From: Hydrurus foetidus
Taxonomy: Eukaryota
NCBI GenBank assembly: GCA_900617105.1
Contig: UYFQ01000426.1
Coordinates: 1-32,700 of the forward strand
Length of the DNA: 32,700 nucleotides
Reading direction: 5' to 3'
Below the pieces are notes generated by a model. The model ran no database searches, was not told the DNA's origin, and saw only the letters and a program-made list of their open reading frames with translations. Each line of letters begins with the position of its first letter. Position 1 is the stretch's first letter. Below, piece by piece: positions 13,401 to 26,132 of the stretch. Both the position numbers and the translations under genes were made by a program.

Positions 13401-16400
13401 ACCCCAGCACCAACACCGGCGCCAACACCAGCACCAACACCGGCACCAGTGACACCTGAGCCAACCCCAGCACCAACACCGGCGCCAACACCAGCACCAA
13501 CACCGGCACCAGTGACACCCGAGCCAACCCCAGCACCAACACCGGCGCCAACACCAGCACCAACACCGGCACCAGTGACACCCGAGCCAACCCCAGCACC
13601 AACACCGGCGCCAACACCAGCACCAACACCGGCACCAGTGACACCCGAGCCAACCCCAGCACCAACACCGGCGCCAACACCAGCACCAACACCGGCACCA
13701 GTGACACCCGAGCCAACCCCAGCACCAACACCGGCGCCAACACCAGCACCAACACCGGCACCAGTGACACCCGAGCCAACCCCAGCACCAACACCGGCGC
13801 CAACACCAGCACCAACACCGGCACCAGTGACACCCGAGCCAACCCCAGCACCAACACCGGCGCCAACACCAGCACCAACACCGGCACCAGTGACACCCGA
13901 GCCAACCCCAGCACCAACACCGGCGCCAACACCAGCACCAACACCGGCACCAGTGACACCCGAGCCAACCCAGCAGCACCAACACCAGGCGCCAACACCA
14001 GCACCAACACCGGCACCAGTGACACCCGAGCCAACCCCAGCACCAACACCGGCGCCAACACCAGCACCAACACCGGCACCAGTGACACCCGAGCCAACCC
14101 CAGCACCAACACCGGCGCCAACACCAGCACCAACACCGGCACCAGTGACACCCGAGCCAACCCCAGCACCAACACCGGCGCCAACACCAGCACCAACACC
14201 GGCACCAGTGACACCCGAGCCAACCCCAGCACCAACACCGGCGCCAACACCAGCACCAACACCGGCACCAGTGACACCCGAGCCAACCCCAGCACCAACA
14301 CCGGCGCCAACACCGGCACCAGTGACACCGAGCCAACCCCAGCACCAACACCGGCGCCAACACCAGCACCAACACCGGCACCAGTGACACCCGAGCCAAC
14401 CCCAGCACCAACACCGGCGCCAACACCAGCACCAACACCGGCACCAGTGACACCTGAGCCAACCCCAGCACCAACACCGGCGCCAACACCAGCACCAACA
14501 CCGGCACCAGTGACACCCGAGCCAACCCCAGCACCAACACCAGCACCAACACCGGCACCAACACCCGCACCAACCCCCAGCACCAACAACACCCAACACC
14601 ACCACCAACACCGGCACCAGTGACACCCGAGCCAACCCCAGCACCAACACCGGCGCCAACACCAGCACCAACACCGGCACCAGTGACACCTGAGCCAACC
14701 CCAGCACCAACACCGGCGCCAACACCAGCACCAACACCGGCACCAGTGACACCCGAGCCAACCCCAGCACCAACACCGGCGCCAACACCAGCACCAACAC
14801 CGGCACCAGTGACACCGAGCCAACCCCAGCACCAACACCGGCGCCAACACCAGCACCAACACCGGCACCAGTGACACCCGAGCCAACCCCAGCACCAACA
14901 CCGGCGCCAACACCAGCACCAACACCGGCACCAGTGACACCCGAGCCAACCCCAGCACCAACACCGGCGCCAACACCAGCACCAACACCGGCACCAGTGA
15001 CACCTGAGCCAACCCCAGCACCAACACCGGCGCCAACACCAGCACCAACACCGGCACCAGTGACACCCGAGCCAACCCCAGCACCAACACCGGCGCCAAC
15101 ACCAGCACCAACACCGGCACCAGTGACACCCGAGCCAACCCCAGCACCAACACCGGCGCCAACACCAGCACCAACACCGGCACCAGTGACACCCGAGCCA
15201 ACCCCAGCACCAACACCACCAGGCACCCGCCAACACCAGCACCAACACCGGCACCAGTGACACCCGAGCCAACCCCAGCACCAACACCGGCGCCAACACC
15301 AGCACCAACACCGGCACCAGTGACACCCGAGCCAACCCCAGCACCAACACCGGCGCCAACACCAGCACCAACACCGGCACCAGTGACACCCGAGCCAACC
15401 CCAGCACCAACACCGGCGCCAACACCAGCACCAACACCGGCACCAGTGACACCCGAGCCAACCCCAGCACCAACACCGGCGCCAACACCAGCACCAACAC
15501 CGGCACCAGTGACACCCCAGCCAACCCCAGCACCAACACCGGCACCAACACCAGCACCAACCACCACCACCAGCACCAACACCAACCCCAGCACCAACAC
15601 CGGCGCCAACACCAGCACCAACACCGGCACCAGTGACACCCACCAACCACCAGCACCAACACCGGCGCCAACACCACACCAACACCGGCACCAGTGACAC
15701 CCAGCCAACCCCAGCACCAACACCGGCGCCAACACCAGCACCAACACCGGCACCAGTGACACCCGAGCCAACCCCAGCACCAACACCGGCGCCAACACCA
15801 GCACCAACACCGGCACCAGTGACACCCGAGCCAACCCCAGCACCAACACCGGCGCCAACACCAGCACCAACACCGGCACCAGTGACACCCGAGCCAACCC
15901 CAGCACCAACACCGGCGCCAACACCAGCACCAACACCGGCACCAGTGACACCCGAGCCAACCCCAGCACCAACACCGGCGCCAACACCAGCACCAACACC
16001 GGCACCAGTGACACCCGAGCCAACCCAGCACCAACACCGGCACCAACACCAGCACCAACACCGGCACCAGTGACACCCGAGCCAACCCCAGCACCAACAC
16101 CGGCGCCAACACCAGCACCAACACCGGCACCAGTGACACCCGAGCCAACCCCAGCACCAACACCGGCGCCAACACCAGCACCAACACCGGCACCAGTGAC
16201 ACCCGAGCCAACCCCAGCACCAACACCGGCGCCAACACCAGCACCAACACCGGCACCAGTGACACCCGAGCCAACCCCAGCACCAACACCGGCGCCAACA
16301 CCAGCACCAACACCGGCACCAGTGACACCCGAGCCAACCCCAGCACCAACACCGGCGCCAACACCAGCACCAACACCGGCACCAGTGACACCCGAGCCAA

Positions 16401-17722
16401 CCCCAGCACCAACACCAGCACCAACACCGGCACCAGTGACACCCGAGCCAACCCCAGCACCAACACCGGCGCCAACACCAGCACCAACACCGGCACCAGT
16501 GACACCCGAGCCAACCCCAGCACCAACACCGGCGCCAACACCAGCACCAACACCGGCACCAGTGACACCCGAGCCAACCCCAGCACCAACACCAGCACCA
16601 ACACCGGCACCAGTGACACCTGAGCCAACCCCAGCACCAACACCGGCGCCAACACCAGCACCAACACCGGCACCAGTGACACCCGAGCCAACCCCAGCAC
16701 CAACACCGGCGCCAACACCAGCACCAACACCGGCACCAGTGACACCCGAGCCAACCCCAGCACCAACACCGGCGCCAACACCAGCACCAACACCGGCACC
16801 AGTGACACCCGAGCCAACCCCAGCACCAACACCGGCGCCAACACCAGCACCAACACCGGCACCAGTGACACCCGAGCCAACCCCAGCACCAACACCGGCG
16901 CCAACACCAGCACCAACACCGGCACCAGTGACACCCGAGCCAACCCCAGCACCAACACCGGCGCCAACACCAGCACCAACACCGGCACCAGTGACACCCG
17001 AGCCAACCCCAGCACCAACACCGGCGCCAACACCAGCACCAACACCGGCACCAGTGACACCCGAGCCAACCCCAGCACCAACACCGGCGCCAACACCAGC
17101 ACCAACACCGGCACCAGTGACACCTGAGCCAACCCCAGCACCAACACCGGCGCCAACACCAGCACCAACACCGGCACCAGTGACACCCGAGCCAACCCCA
17201 GCACCAACACCGGCGCCAACACCAGCACCAACACCGGCACCAGTGACACCCGAGCCAACCCCAGCACCAACACCAACACCGGCACCAGTGACACCCGAGC
17301 CAACCCCAGCACCAACACCGGCACCAGTGACACCCGAGCCAACCCCAGCACCAACACCGGCGCCAACACCAGCACCAACACCGGCACCAGTGACACCCGA
17401 GCCAACCCCAGCGCCAACACCAGCACCAACTCCAGAGCCTACTATTAGTCCAATTGTTGTTCTCTCATCGGAACCTTCTTTTGCACCTACTACTTTTAAG
17501 CCAACTATTCACGGATGTCCTACTGACAGTCCAGTCTTCAAGCCTACTAAGGCTCCCAGAACTTCCAAGCCTATCAAAACCTCTAAGCCTAGCAAAGCTC
17601 CCCGCTCTAAGAAGCCTGTGCGCGAGAGAACCCCAGCACCCACATGTGCTCCACCCCCGGTGACGCTACCTCCCGTCATCACTCCTAAGATATACTTTCC
17701 AATCAAAATGAACACCAATTAA
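7427..17722 (+). CDS. Giant secreted Pro/Thr/Ala-rich mucin/extensin-like protein (~3400 aa); exon 1 7427-7550, intron 7551-7619, exon 2 7620-17722
   Basis: Signal peptide [34 protein letters not shown] 69-nt intron joins in frame (TT-DQLEML). Then a Lys/Pro/Thr domain, ([21 protein letters not shown])n and a unique C-terminus ending YFPIKMNTN*. Variation between repeats is mostly synonymous in this frame. About 10 internal frameshifts look like consensus errors. Confidence 0.8.
7921..17440 (+). repeat. Coding minisatellite with a 63-bp unit built from 12-bp PTPA subunits, ~150 copies
   Basis: GTGACACC recurs every 63 bp (e.g. 8239, 8302). Shorter 39- and 51-bp variants occur near both ends. 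Confidence 0.97.
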
Positions 17723-17842
17723 CCAACAATGGAGCAGACAAAATAAGCCAAACCACCCTATGAGCTTTTGAATCCTTCCACTGATATTTGAATCATAAAC
17801 TTCACTCTCACTACCCGAATAACTCTTGTTGCACAGCCTGCT

Positions 17843-18260
17843 GTGACAGCTACTACTACACCAACATCTTGGACCTTTTTCGCCGTGACTTTTAGCGTAA
17901 CGGACATGTCAGTGAGCGAACCTACTTGCTCTACTCATCCTTCCACGTTGTGTCCTACTCGCGAAACGGAGTCTCCCAAGACCTCGCCACCATCAAAACC
18001 CCCTTTCCTTTCCGCCCCACCTACGGAACCATCGATTTCCTCTCCATAACCACTTGCGCACTTTCGCCATCAACACTCCTCGTCCTACATTACCGAACCT
18101 AAGTCCGCTTGCACGTGCAAAAAATCAGCTAAGGCAATTGAAAGCATGCACAAGATGGGGACGGTGCCACCCCTCCAGTTCAAGTCCACACGGGACTACG
18201 CAAAACTGCTGTTACCTTAGTCCACATGCGACTCCCCAAAACTGCTGTTACCTCATTATA
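17843..18260 (+). pseudogene. Possible decayed Pro/Thr/Ser-rich gene fragment containing a 2x36-bp repeat (~18183-18254)
   Basis: SEPTCST..CPTRETESPKTSPPSKPP..APPTEPSISSP resembles the composition of the mucin flanks. Broken by stops and frameshifts. Confidence 0.3.
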
Positions 18261-19276
18261 TGTACGCGACTACATAATTTTTCACCATTCGATTGTTCCT
18301 TCATTTTGTTCCCCACACTCTGATTTATTTTAGACGTAGCAGTGCATTTACCGTACACGAAAATTTCCCGAACATTCGAACGTTAACATGGACCGCTCAT
18401 TGTTACATAACACGATCCCGTAAAGACTTTAATTTGACACTGCCTACCCGCAGCAAACAGAAACCAACGTCAGTAGTACCAGGAAGCGCGGGCAACCCTT
18501 CTGACAACACAACTCAATAGTAATAGAATAGCGTTTAAAAATTACGAAATTCAGCTCACTGGTCCAGTTTTGTTAAACCTTAATCTTAATCATACACTTC
18601 ACATTTTATTCCAATTGTCTCCGCTTGTGAAGACAGATGGTCGGACAGAGAGGGGGGAAACGAAAAACACTTGAGGGGGACCGAAGTACAACAACGATCC
18701 CACTCTCCATTCTATATCGTCTTCAACAAAGGTCAATATCTCCGAAGCACCGGAAAAATTACCTAGGAATTCCACGAACTTCTTCTCCACAAAAATTCCA
18801 AGGCTGCTGCCACTTGTGACATCCCATTCATGAGCGAAAAAACGTGAAGAGCCGCCGACAAAAAAAGTAAGCCGCAACTCGAAAATAACGTGAAGAGGCG
18901 TTTTGCCAGAAAATCCATGTATCTGAAAGATTTTTATGTAATGAGAAGGATCAACAAAACACAGATTCCATATTTTGCCATAATCCAACTCACAAGAAAC
19001 AAGAGTTGGGTTGTGAAAAACCCCGTAAAAACCCCCCTAAAATTTTTACGTCGATTTCTACGAACTCTTTTCTCTTTTTCACAACTCTTGTTTCTACGAA
19101 TTAAATTTGAGAGTGAAAAACGTATAAAACGTATAAAAAAGAGTTGGGAGCTATAAAATTTTAGACCCCCATTTTTAGCAACTCTAGTTTTTTGCGAGTT
19201 GGAAGAGGTCCAAGAATGGGATTACATCGCTACCATGCAAAAAACAAAATCCAAATTTCTCTTCGATCCATTTTTA

Positions 19277-19629
19277 CGGGCTGGTAGCGCCAAGAAGCAG
19301 GAAATTTTTTCGTTTTGGCATTTCTTTTTTTCTGTCGAACGGTTTCTCATTTGTGATAGCTCAAAAGAACCGAAATCATCTCTACCATACCACCACGCTT
19401 TTCGCTTGTTTTCAAAATTCGTATTTCGTGAATTTCTACCCTTTTTACCGAAAATTTTAAGCACTTTGGTGCACAATAACAATTTACCAGCGCATTTAAA
19501 TGCCAAGCAAATTACACAGCCTCGTATGAACGATTTTCCCACATCTTTCCATCCATTTAGTTTTTCCTGAAGTGTTCCAGAAAAAAACATGAAATAAGGA
19601 ATTTTACGTTTCTTGGCGCTACCAGCCTG
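19277..19629. mobile_element. MITE (353 bp), Tc1/mariner-type
   Basis: TA|CGGGCTGGTAGCGCCAAGAA ... TTCTTGGCGCTACCAGCCTG|TA: 19/20 TIR match extending imperfectly to ~30 bp, a TA target duplication and an AT-rich non-coding interior. Confidence 0.8.
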
Positions 19630-20464
19630 TAGTATTTTTTTGAGTATAGGCCATCGACCCTAACAAATTCTGGTAATACAGAATCCGTGGTCAGATCTTG
19701 ATGAAATGATGTATTGAAGGAGATGATGAAATGATGTATTGATGGAAATAGATTTCCCGGAACAGTTTCCGTTTTCCTTTTTTTCCGTATCCTAACATAG
19801 ATGATAAAAATAACGAGGTCTTGGAATCAACACCCAACTTTCTACTCATGAAATCTATTTTTCTTCTTCTAAAATGGCAATCGTACTTTGTTCTCTTTCT
19901 CTAACTTTCGTTATTTCTTTGTCGTTCTTTTCTTCTTCTCTCAGTCGCCTGAAAATCATCTTTTCTCTTCCCGCTATACCTAGTTTCACTTCATCAGACT
20001 ATTTTATTATACTCTATTAGTGCCTTGTCCTCTATCATTCTCAAAGATTCATCTCTTGCTCTCTCATATTACCGACCATCCGCCTAGCATCGCCGGAAAT
20101 ACCACGTCCGTTGAGCCAAGCACGTCACTAACTTTCCTCCCCGCAACGACTGGGAACAAATCTGTACGTACATTACGATCAATACACATATTTCGTCAAT
20201 CAATATGAAAGTGACGAAGATAATGTCACGGTAGTCGCCAGATAACAGCAGTTTATATTTTATGATATTTTCTTCAAACACATCTATTAGCCTTTAATTT
20301 TTTCGTCAGAATATTAGATGACAAGTTCATAATTATTAGCTCCGCCAGTAAGTTGAAGATACGCAATCATTGCTCACTGACTTGCACAAAATACTTGTGT
20401 AATAATGCAGAAGATAGACCCGATGTATTGGGGTGAGATAACGTGACTCATTGTGCACTTCAAT

Positions 20465-20880
20465 GACAAAAGGTGACCTGAAGTAAAATGAGATGAGATC
20501 CGGTGAGGTGAAATAAAGTGAGATGAGATAAGATGAGGTAAGAGTAAGGTAGAGTATTGTGAGATATGATGAAGAAGTGAGATGAGATGAAACATGATCG
20601 TGTGAGGCAAATTGAGTTGAGACGAGATTGGGTCAGGTAAAGTGAAGCGAGTTGAGAACAGATAAAATGAGATAAGGTGTGGTAAGAGAGGTAGAGTATA
20701 ATGATATAGTGTCTGGTAAGAGGATGAGTCAAAATGATTTGAGACGAGATTGGGATAGGTGAAATAAATTGAGATGAGAACATTATGAAATGAGATAGGT
20801 CGAGGTAAAGTGAAGAGGGATTAGATAGAGAGGAGATAAAGTGAGATGAAGCGAAGTGAGATAATGTGGAGTGAGATGGG
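20465..20880. repeat. Degenerate (GAGAT)n pentanucleotide repeat
   Basis: 5-bp periodic GAGAT/GAGGT/AAGAT/GAAAT units with a purine-rich plus strand. Confidence 0.85.
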
Positions 20881-20902
20881 GTGCGGTTAGAGAAACTCAA
20901 TT

Positions 20903-21280
20903 TGTAGCCGCCTGATCGAATCAATATAATCTAAAGCTTAGTACTGTATAGCCTCCTGATCTTACATCACTTACTGCGTAGCATCCTGACCTCAGTTCAC
21001 TAACAGTTTACCCGACTGATCTTAGATTACTTACCGTGTACCCGATTGATCTCAGATTACTAACTGCGTACCTGAATGATCTCCGGTCGCTTGCTGTGCA
21101 GCCTCCTAATATCAGCTCAGTTCTATTGTAGCAGCCTATCACTATGTCACTTGCTCTGTAGTCTCCTAATCTCAGCTCTTTTGCTGTGTAGCCTCATGAC
21201 CTCATATCTCTTAATGTAAACCCGACTGTAAAGTAGCATGACGTTACCTCACTAAGTGTGTAAACCCTTGATCTCAGGTC
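20903..21280 (-). pseudogene. Decayed gene with decapeptide repeats (x[DE]LRxxGYTx)
   Basis: 30-bp periodicity. The minus frame reads GFTL RDMRS*GYTA KELRLGDYRA SDIVIGCYNR TELILGGCTA SDRRSFRYAV SNLRSIGYTV SNLRSVG*TV SELRSGCYAV SDVRSGGYTV. Confidence 0.65.
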
Positions 21281-21282
21281 CC

Positions 21283-21877
21283 TGTGGCCCTGAAGGAACT
21301 AGGCTAGAGGGCTAGGGGCTGTTGGTTAGGCTTACTGGGATTATTAAACTGTGAGAAGTGCAGAGAAACATCCTAAAAAGTGGGTAGGAGTCTACCTCGA
21401 ATTCTACAGTGCGTTTGGGTATGTACCCAAACAGACGAAATCGGGTCCAAGGTCCCGAGGACCCCAGACGGCTACACTACTCCCACTTGTTTCAAATAAA
21501 ATTGAAACATAATTTTCTCGATGAAGAAACTAGACTAGCGCTTTTTGAAAGAGCATGTAGACCAACGCTTCTTAAGGAAGAGCGAAAAATGTTTTCTGAC
21601 TAGCATACAGTATTTTTTTATGAACTAGACTAGCACTAGACGAATGCTTTGGAGGGAAGAGTATGTAGACTAGCGCTCCGAAAGGAAGGGCGACATTCAA
21701 ATTATTTTTGAATTATGTTATACAAAAGACAGTACAATTGTACAGAAGACAATAAGTGATGGGGGTTGCGAGTCGAGTGGGTGTACTCGCGAATGATTAT
21801 GTCAGCTTCTTACTGACTAACCTCCGCTAAAAACTCTATTGAAGTTGAGGCAAAAGATCTAGGAGTAATCTTTATAG
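21283..21877 (-). mobile_element. 3' remnant of a Gypsy element: LTR 21283-21476, PPT 21477-21493, 3' UTR
   Basis: Minus strand GAAACAAGTGGGAGTAG|TGTAGCC...GGCCACA (194 bp). The UTR carries the conserved ATTATGTCAG-N5-TACTGACTAA motif at 21796. Confidence 0.7.
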
Positions 21878-22081
21878 TGTGATAGTTCCGGGTCCAAGGT
21901 CCCGAACCTACCGGATAGTAGTACTGTACACTATCACTTTACACTACAGACTGTTGTATCGTCGTAGCGTATCGTCGTAGCATCTTACAGCCATCACGTA
22001 GAAGTTAAGCAAGCTTCTAACATAGATTCTTGTAACCTAAACAACTACTTTCCCCACCCCTTTCTTCATCTCCGTAGATCA
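21878..22081 (+). mobile_element. LTR related to 72-267, probably a 5' LTR followed by leader up to ~22278 (right boundary approximate)
   Basis: TGTGATAGTTCCGGGTCCAAGGTCCCGAACCTACCGGATAGTA...CTGTTGTATCGTCGTAGC...CACGTAGAAGTTAA aligns with the LTR at 72. No PPT precedes it. Confidence 0.7.
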
Positions 22082-22278
22082 TGATAGGCCTATTACCCTC
22101 TGCAAACCCTTCTGCTACCTCTTTTCCCAACCCTACTTGTTTAAAACTTTAGCTAAGACTACCAACCACGAGTACGATATACTCACGACTTCCAAGGAGT
22201 CAAATTCTTGCTGAGCTTCGCTCCAAGAACGTAGTTTTAAGTTAGCGAAAGTTGGGCTTAGACTCTTTCTATTGGAAC

Positions 22279-22483
22279 TGTGACCTTTGAGGGCAAAGAA
22301 GAGGGAAGTCTAAAGGCTAAAAGGAGCTTGTTAGTTAGGGATGCAAACAGAAGGTACGCTAGTAACTTCTGCAAAGCAATACAAACTAGCTAGTGACATA
22401 GTCGTGGCTGTGAGCACGAAGGTACTAAGGTGGAAACAGCATCTAATCGGCTGAATGGGGTAGCAGACCCTGAGGGAGCCACA
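22279..22483 (-). mobile_element. 3' LTR (205 bp) of chromovirus 1
   Basis: Minus strand GAGAGATAAGTAGGGGTAG|TGTGGCTC...GGTCACA, ~345 bp downstream of the pol stop. Confidence 0.75.
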
Positions 22484-22827
22484 CTACCCCTACTTATCTC
22501 TCGTTTTCTCATTTCTCTCTCCCTCTCTCTCTATTGGTGAGTCTCTAGCTACAATGTGTAACAAAACAAATACGACTCAAGCTTGAGAAAAAAAATTAAG
22601 CAAAATAATAAAGAATACAAAAAAAAATACGTACGATAAATACAGAAACTTGTACATGTGAGAGATGGAGAAAGTAAGAAAGGAGAGTGCCTAGATGTGT
22701 TGTATCTAAGTGTTCCCCTACACAATTATGTCAGATTTTTACTGACTAAACCTCCTGAAAAGCAACGTAACGTTGTAAAAATGGGGAGGAATCTTCAACA
22801 GATAATGTGTAGGTCGTTCCTGGGAAC

Positions 22828-25800
22828 TTACTTTTCTGTTGGAATTATTTTCGACATGCCGTGAAGGCGTAGATATGTGTGAAGAGCGTCTGTAAGACGA
22901 AGATTCTTCCACGACTCGCACGTGTTGTGTGAGTCATCAAAGTCAGTCCATTTGACTAAGAACCGCATTTGAGTTTTTCGTCTGGAGTTGCCTTGGTGCT
23001 GAAGAATGGATTCAATAAAGAATTCCATATAATCGCGGCGTGCTACATCAGCCGGATCCGTATGTTTCGGATTGAAAACAAATTGTTTCAGGGTACTAAT
23101 ATGAAGATGTTTATGTTTCTTCGTAGTTGTATCGAAGAATGTATAATCAGAATTGTGAATAGACACAACTTGAAACGGTCCCCGCCACAACGTGTGTAAG
23201 CGTGTGGGCGGCTGTGTGGTGTATCTAGCCAACACAAATGAACCTACAGGAAAAACTGTGATATCCTGTGGACTTGTGGCAATATGAGCCGCGTCCATTG
23301 TGCGCAAAGCAGTTTGTGCTTGGGCAATCAGGGTGTCTTGGATGTTATACATCTCACAGATCACTTTGGAAGCGGAAGTTTCAGTTTCCGGTAATTGTGG
23401 AAATGGTGAAAGTATTCCAGAATCCAGATTGATTAGGTTACCAAACGATACACTTGCTGGGGAAGCATTTGTACTACTGTGAATCGAGGAATTCAAAATG
23501 CGCTGTATAAACGGTAAGCAGTTTTTATACTGGTATACGTCGTTTGTATCGTACAGGAACGAACGTAAGTATTGGTTGATTTCTTTATTAACGCCTTCCA
23601 CTATCGCATTCTCTTGTTTAGAGTATGCTAATGTCAGGTTGTGGGGTGTACCCATTGACACCAGGAATTGCTTGATCAAATCATTAGCAAAATGTGAACC
23701 CCGATCAGATCTGATCATTTGGGGTGCACCATATCTTCCAAAATGTTGGAGAAGGCAATCAGTAGCCGATTTGGCCGTATTATCAGCACACCAAAATAGT
23801 TCTGTCCATCGTGTGAAAGCACAGATGATGACAAGAACGTGTGAGGAATCGGGGAAGGGTCCGATGAAATCGATGTTTAGTACATGAAAAGGTTTGTACG
23901 CCGAAGTAACGTACTTGTGTACCCGTATCGGTACGCGTGTAGCGTTCATTTTCTGGCAGCACGCACATTGTTGTATAAACAAGTGGGTGTGCTGAACCAT
24001 GTGTTCCCAATCAATGGGTAAGCTTAAAAGCTTTTCTACAGTGCGTTTAACACCACCGTGTCTGACAAACTTGTTGTGGCACATGTTGAGTGCGTCGCGC
24101 TGCGCATCAGTCATCTCGGGGACGACCTTGAGGGCGCCGCAAAACGGGCCCGGCAAGTTATCTGATTCTGTGCCCGTAGTGACAGGTTGAATCTTGATGA
24201 CAAGGTCTGAGAGATTAGCACAGAGGCGGGACATAGCGTCCGCAACAGTGTTCTCAGGCCCTCGCGCGTATACGATAGTGTAATCCAGCTCTTGTAGAGC
24301 CATGGACCATCTCCCTACCATCGAGTTAGGAGATGATTTCATGTACGTCAGATTTTTATGATCTGTATGGATTGTAAATTTGCGATCACGTAAGAGTGGA
24401 TCAAGTTTGGTACAACACAAGAAGATAGCATAAGCTTCTTTTTGGAATGTTGACCAGTTCAACTGTGAGAAGGTGAGTGACTTACTCACAAATGAAATAG
24501 GCTTCATTTCATCTCCCACCTTTTGGAATAGTACGCCGCCTACACCATAATCAGATGCGCCAGTGTATAAATGTATTGGTGATACATTATCAATGAAGTG
24601 CATTAGGGGGCATTAAGAGATTGCCTGCCTAATGTCTTGAAACGCTTTAATGGTTTCAGCATTCCAGGTGACCCTGGAATGTTTATGAGTTGTAGACACC
24701 GTCATTTTATGTAACGGTGCTACTATGCTGGAGTGATTTGGTACGAAACCTCTAAAATAGTTCGCCAAACCGAGAAATCCCCTAAGGGCAGTAACGGTTT
24801 TAGGACGAGGAAAATCTAATACAGATTTTATTTTCTCAGCCGACATAGATAACCCCTCTTTGGAGACTGTACGTCCGACGTATTCGAGGCGTGTAACTCC
24901 GAACTTACATTTCTTGGCTTTCAAGAATAAGTTTTTCTCTCGAAAGCGGAGGAAAACATTACGAAGTCTCTGCAGAAACTCGTCAGGTCCATTACCAAAT
25001 ACAATGCAATCATCGAGATACATCTCGCATGTTACATCTAAAAGGCCCGCAAGGACAACCGTGGCCATCATCTCCTGGAAGTATGATGGGGCAGGTCTGA
25101 GGCCGAATGGCAATCGAGTGAATTGATATATTCCTGAGAAGCATATGAATGCAGTCAGGATTTTGGCTGATGCTGTAAGGGGTGCTTGATGGTAGCCGGA
25201 CGTTAAGTCCATAACTCCAAAGATGTCAGGTTGACGAGCGCCAATGCGTTCAAACATTGCTGGAATGTTGGGGAGTGGCCAACTAGCCGACTCCGTACAG
25301 TTATTAAGTGGCTGGAAGTCAATACATACATGGTATTGTCCGCGTGACTTCTGTACTACTACAGGGTGACTGTAGTATACCGCATTAGACTTCTCAACCA
25401 CCCCGATTCTTATCAGATCCTGAAGGTTATTGTGAATCGCCTCCTCCTTTTGTGAGGATTGGGGGCGGAGCGGGGTCCTGTTACCAGGTACTTCCCATTG
25501 TGCCGCCTTATGATCAATATCAAAAGGAGGTATACGGGCCGGTTCACGGGCCATCTCATTTTGAAAGATGTCAATAAATTCGGTACATAATGCTCTGCAC
25601 GCTGGTTGCAGAGCTTCCAACCCACCAAAGGTGATTGTCGAGATGACATCGTTCGCCCTACCTGTTGGGGTAGGGTCTCTCCTCTATGCAGAAAGAAACG
25701 GACCAAACGCATCCGTTTTGTCATCATCAATCTCATCTCCATTGAGATTGATTCCGCACGGCAAAAGACCCGCGGCGTTAAGAGTTACTTTGTTCACTCT

Positions 25801-26094
25801 CGTCCCGGTCTCAGAAGGGGGGCGGTTAAGACCACTGCCCGTCCATAGCGCAGATGGACCCCACTCTTCTCCCACTGTTGGAATGCGGTGGGTGCTCGAG
25901 TGATCTTCGTCTCCATTGTCAGGAGTGTCGGTAATTAGGCGACACTGTGTACAAGGACTACGCGATCCGACAGCGTCACTATGATGACAACAGATGTCGG
26001 TATGTGAATCTGTACCGATGTCGGACTCTGCCCTTAAGGGGAGTAAACCGATGTCATCCGGGCTATGCGACGTTTCGACTAACGTAGGGTGCAT
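22828..26094 (-). pseudogene. pol: Ty3/Gypsy chromovirus pol (RT-RNase H-integrase-chromodomain); 5'-truncated, two in-frame stops
   Basis: ORFs 25684-26094, 24613-25620 and 22828-24603 share one frame. RT: MDLTSGYHQ, LPFGL, YLDD. RNase H: TGASDYG, EAYAI, TDHKNL, ADAMSR. Integrase: H..H..CACC, DFIGP, SDRGSH, NAIVE, WRGPF. Chromodomain: FIESILQH..FLVKW. No gag or protease seen. Confidence 0.93.
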
Positions 26095-26132
26095 ACTACA
26101 CAGCTCTGTGATTGCTCTCTCAAGGTAGTTCG

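Noticed and set aside
8200..16070. Programmed frameshifting or several separate genes within the PTPA repeat
   Set aside because: The shifts are sporadic small indels, clustered in visibly noisy patches (e.g. 14570-14605, 15560-15700), which is typical of long-read consensus error.
7771..17429. Three 2600-3150-aa minus-strand ORFs (GVGA, VLVL and CW repeats)
   Set aside because: Antisense shadows of a repeat that lacks stops on that strand. The signal peptide, intron, unique ends and synonymous variation all support the plus frame.
18293..20281. Assorted short ORFs on both strands
   Set aside because: No motifs, overlap with the MITE or AT-rich DNA, and mostly non-ATG starts.
20374..20924. 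Ser/His/Leu/Ile-rich ORFs
   Set aside because: Translations of the (GAGAT)n pentanucleotide repeat.
72..22081. LTRs at 72 and 21878 as the two ends of one element
   Set aside because: The first has a PPT upstream (3' LTR) and the second has none (5' LTR or solo), which is the wrong order. They are also noticeably diverged and no TSD is evident.
24613..25686. Programmed stop-codon readthrough in pol
   Set aside because: The stops fall just before RT and at the RT/RNase H junction of an element that is also 5'-truncated with degenerate motifs (TGAS for TDAS, TCES for TWEP), so simple decay explains them.
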